Shown: piece by piece, positions 62,863 through 64,000 of the stretch
Position numbering within the stretch: position 1 is the stretch's first letter
Layout of the letters: the number at the start of each line of letters is the position of its first letter
NCBI GenBank assembly: GCA_963745035.1
Contig: CAVUVW010000025.1
Location: 131,646-195,645, forward strand
Length of the DNA stretch: 64,000 bases
Direction: 5' to 3'
Source: an uncultured delta proteobacterium
Lineage (GTDB): Bacteria > Desulfobacterota > Binatia > UBA9968
Made by a program: the position numbers and the translations under genes
Notes under the pieces: model-generated
Seen by the model: the letters and a program-made list of their open reading frames with translations, nothing else
What the model was told of the DNA's origin: nothing
Databases searched by the model: none

Positions 62863-64000
62863 AACGCCTCCTTCGATCTTCGGTAACGCCGAATCAGATT
62901 ATTTGTCGAACTGTCGTGGTTCCGAGCCGGCTCACCCGTGCTCTCGAGCTCCGAGATAATGCGCTGAGCCAAGACTTTTCCCAGCTCGACGCCCCACTGG
63001 TCAAAAGAGTCGATGTTCCAAATGACGCCTTGCGTAAACACTGAGTGTTCGTAGAGAGCCACGAGCTTGCCGAGACTCTCGGGCGTGAGTCGGTCGGCGA
63101 GGATCGTGTTCGATGGACGGTTGCCTTGGAAAACGCGATGGGACACGAGCCAATCCGGGGTGCCTTCAGCTTTGACTTCCTCGGCGGTTTTCCCGAAGGC
63201 CAGCGCTTCGGTTTGAGCAAACACGTTGGCGATCAGGATATCGTGGTGGCGGCCGAGCGGATTGAGTGTTTTGCTGAACGCGATAAAATCGCACGGAATC
63301 AATCTCGTCCCCTGATGAATCAACTGGTAAAACGAATGCTGGCCATTGGTTCCCGGCTCGCCCCAGTAGATTGCGGCCGTGTCGTAATTGACTCTTGTGC
63401 CATCTAGAGTCACGTGTTTGCCGTTGCTCTCCATCGTTAACTGCTGCAGATAGGCCGGAAATCGCTTCAGGTATTCTTCATAGGGGAGAACCGCGACCGT
63501 CTGTGCGCCGAAAAAGTCGCTGTACCATATAGCGAGCAACCCCAGGAGCACCGGCAGATTGCGCTCGAATGGAGTAGTGCGAAAGTGCTCGTCCATCTGA
63601 TGAAAACCGTCGAGCATCGCGCGGAAGTTATCCGGCCCGATGGCAATCATCGTTGAAAGGCCGATGGCCGAATCCATCGAGTAACGGCCGCCCACCCAGT
63701 CCCAGAATCCAAACATGTTGGCGGTATCGATGCCGAACTTCGCCACTTCCTCGGTATTGGTCGATACCGCGACAAAATGCTTCGCTACCGACTTTTCATC
63801 GCCGTCGAAAGCTGCCAGCGACCATCGTCGCGCCGTCTGCGCATTGGTCATCGTCTCGAGCGTCGTGAACGTTTTCGAGGAAATGATGAAAAGAGTCTCC
63901 GCAGGATCCAAATCCTGAACCGTCTCGGCGAAGTCGGTGGCATCAACGTTGGAAACGAACCGGAACGTCATCGCCCGCTCGCTGTAATGCTTCAGCCCTT
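62859..64000 (-). CDS. pgi: Glucose-6-phosphate isomerase; 5' end outside the window
   Basis: [34 protein letters not shown]. Confidence 0.95.
   Translation of the reverse strand, partial: GLKHYSERAMTFRFVSNVDATDFAETVQDLDPAETLFIISSKTFTTLETMTNAQTARRWSLAAFDGDEKSVAKHFVAVSTNTEEVAKFGIDTANMFGFWDWVGGRYSMDSAIGLSTMIAIGPDNFRAMLDGFHQMDEHFRTTPFERNLPVLLGLLAIWYSDFFGAQTVAVLPYEEYLKRFPAYLQQLTMESNGKHVTLDGTRVNYDTAAIYWGEPGTNGQHSFYQLIHQGTRLIPCDFIAFSKTLNPLGRHHDILIANVFAQTEALAFGKTAEEVKAEGTPDWLVSHRVFQGNRPSNTILADRLTPESLGKLVALYEHSVFTQGVIWNIDSFDQWGVELGKVLAQRIISELESTGEPARNHDSSTNNLIRRYRRSKEAL

Overview
GC-rich bacterial window; gene content and order suggest a Gram-negative, deltaproteobacterial/Binatia-like genome (inference). 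Many genes are split by single-base indels that look like long-read errors. Left to right: (1) nitrogen-assimilation locus (nrtABCD-type ABC transporter, NirA-Rieske fusion, sigma54 promoter and ANTAR attenuator, pseudo-receiver ANTAR regulator coupled to a class I glutamine amidotransferase, amtB, P-II); (2) ~16 kb iron-acquisition region (exbBD-tonB-hemP-TonB receptor-piuC-PepSY/flavodoxin, cytochrome c-FTR1, Fe3+ ABC transporter, DtxR/MntR regulator); (3) housekeeping genes (usp, nitrilase family, PPi-PFK, tatD, metG, holB, tmk); (4) two fimT-pilV-pilW-pilX minor-pilin sets plus pilD, with two orphan PilX-like C-terminal remnants between them; (5) glycosylation cluster (sulfotransferase, methyltransferase, GT4s, Wzm/Wzt, GT2, GT-C); (6) lipoyl carrier with GST, a displaced tmRNA/tRNA 3' end (likely att site), an nrfA remnant, glgX, fda and partial pgi. 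Best leads: the GATase/pseudo-receiver ANTAR pair, the duplicated orphan pilX cassettes, and an exactly spaced TTGACAAA-N15-TAWWCGAA motif upstream of three iron-uptake units. All calls are from manual reading; no database searches were run.
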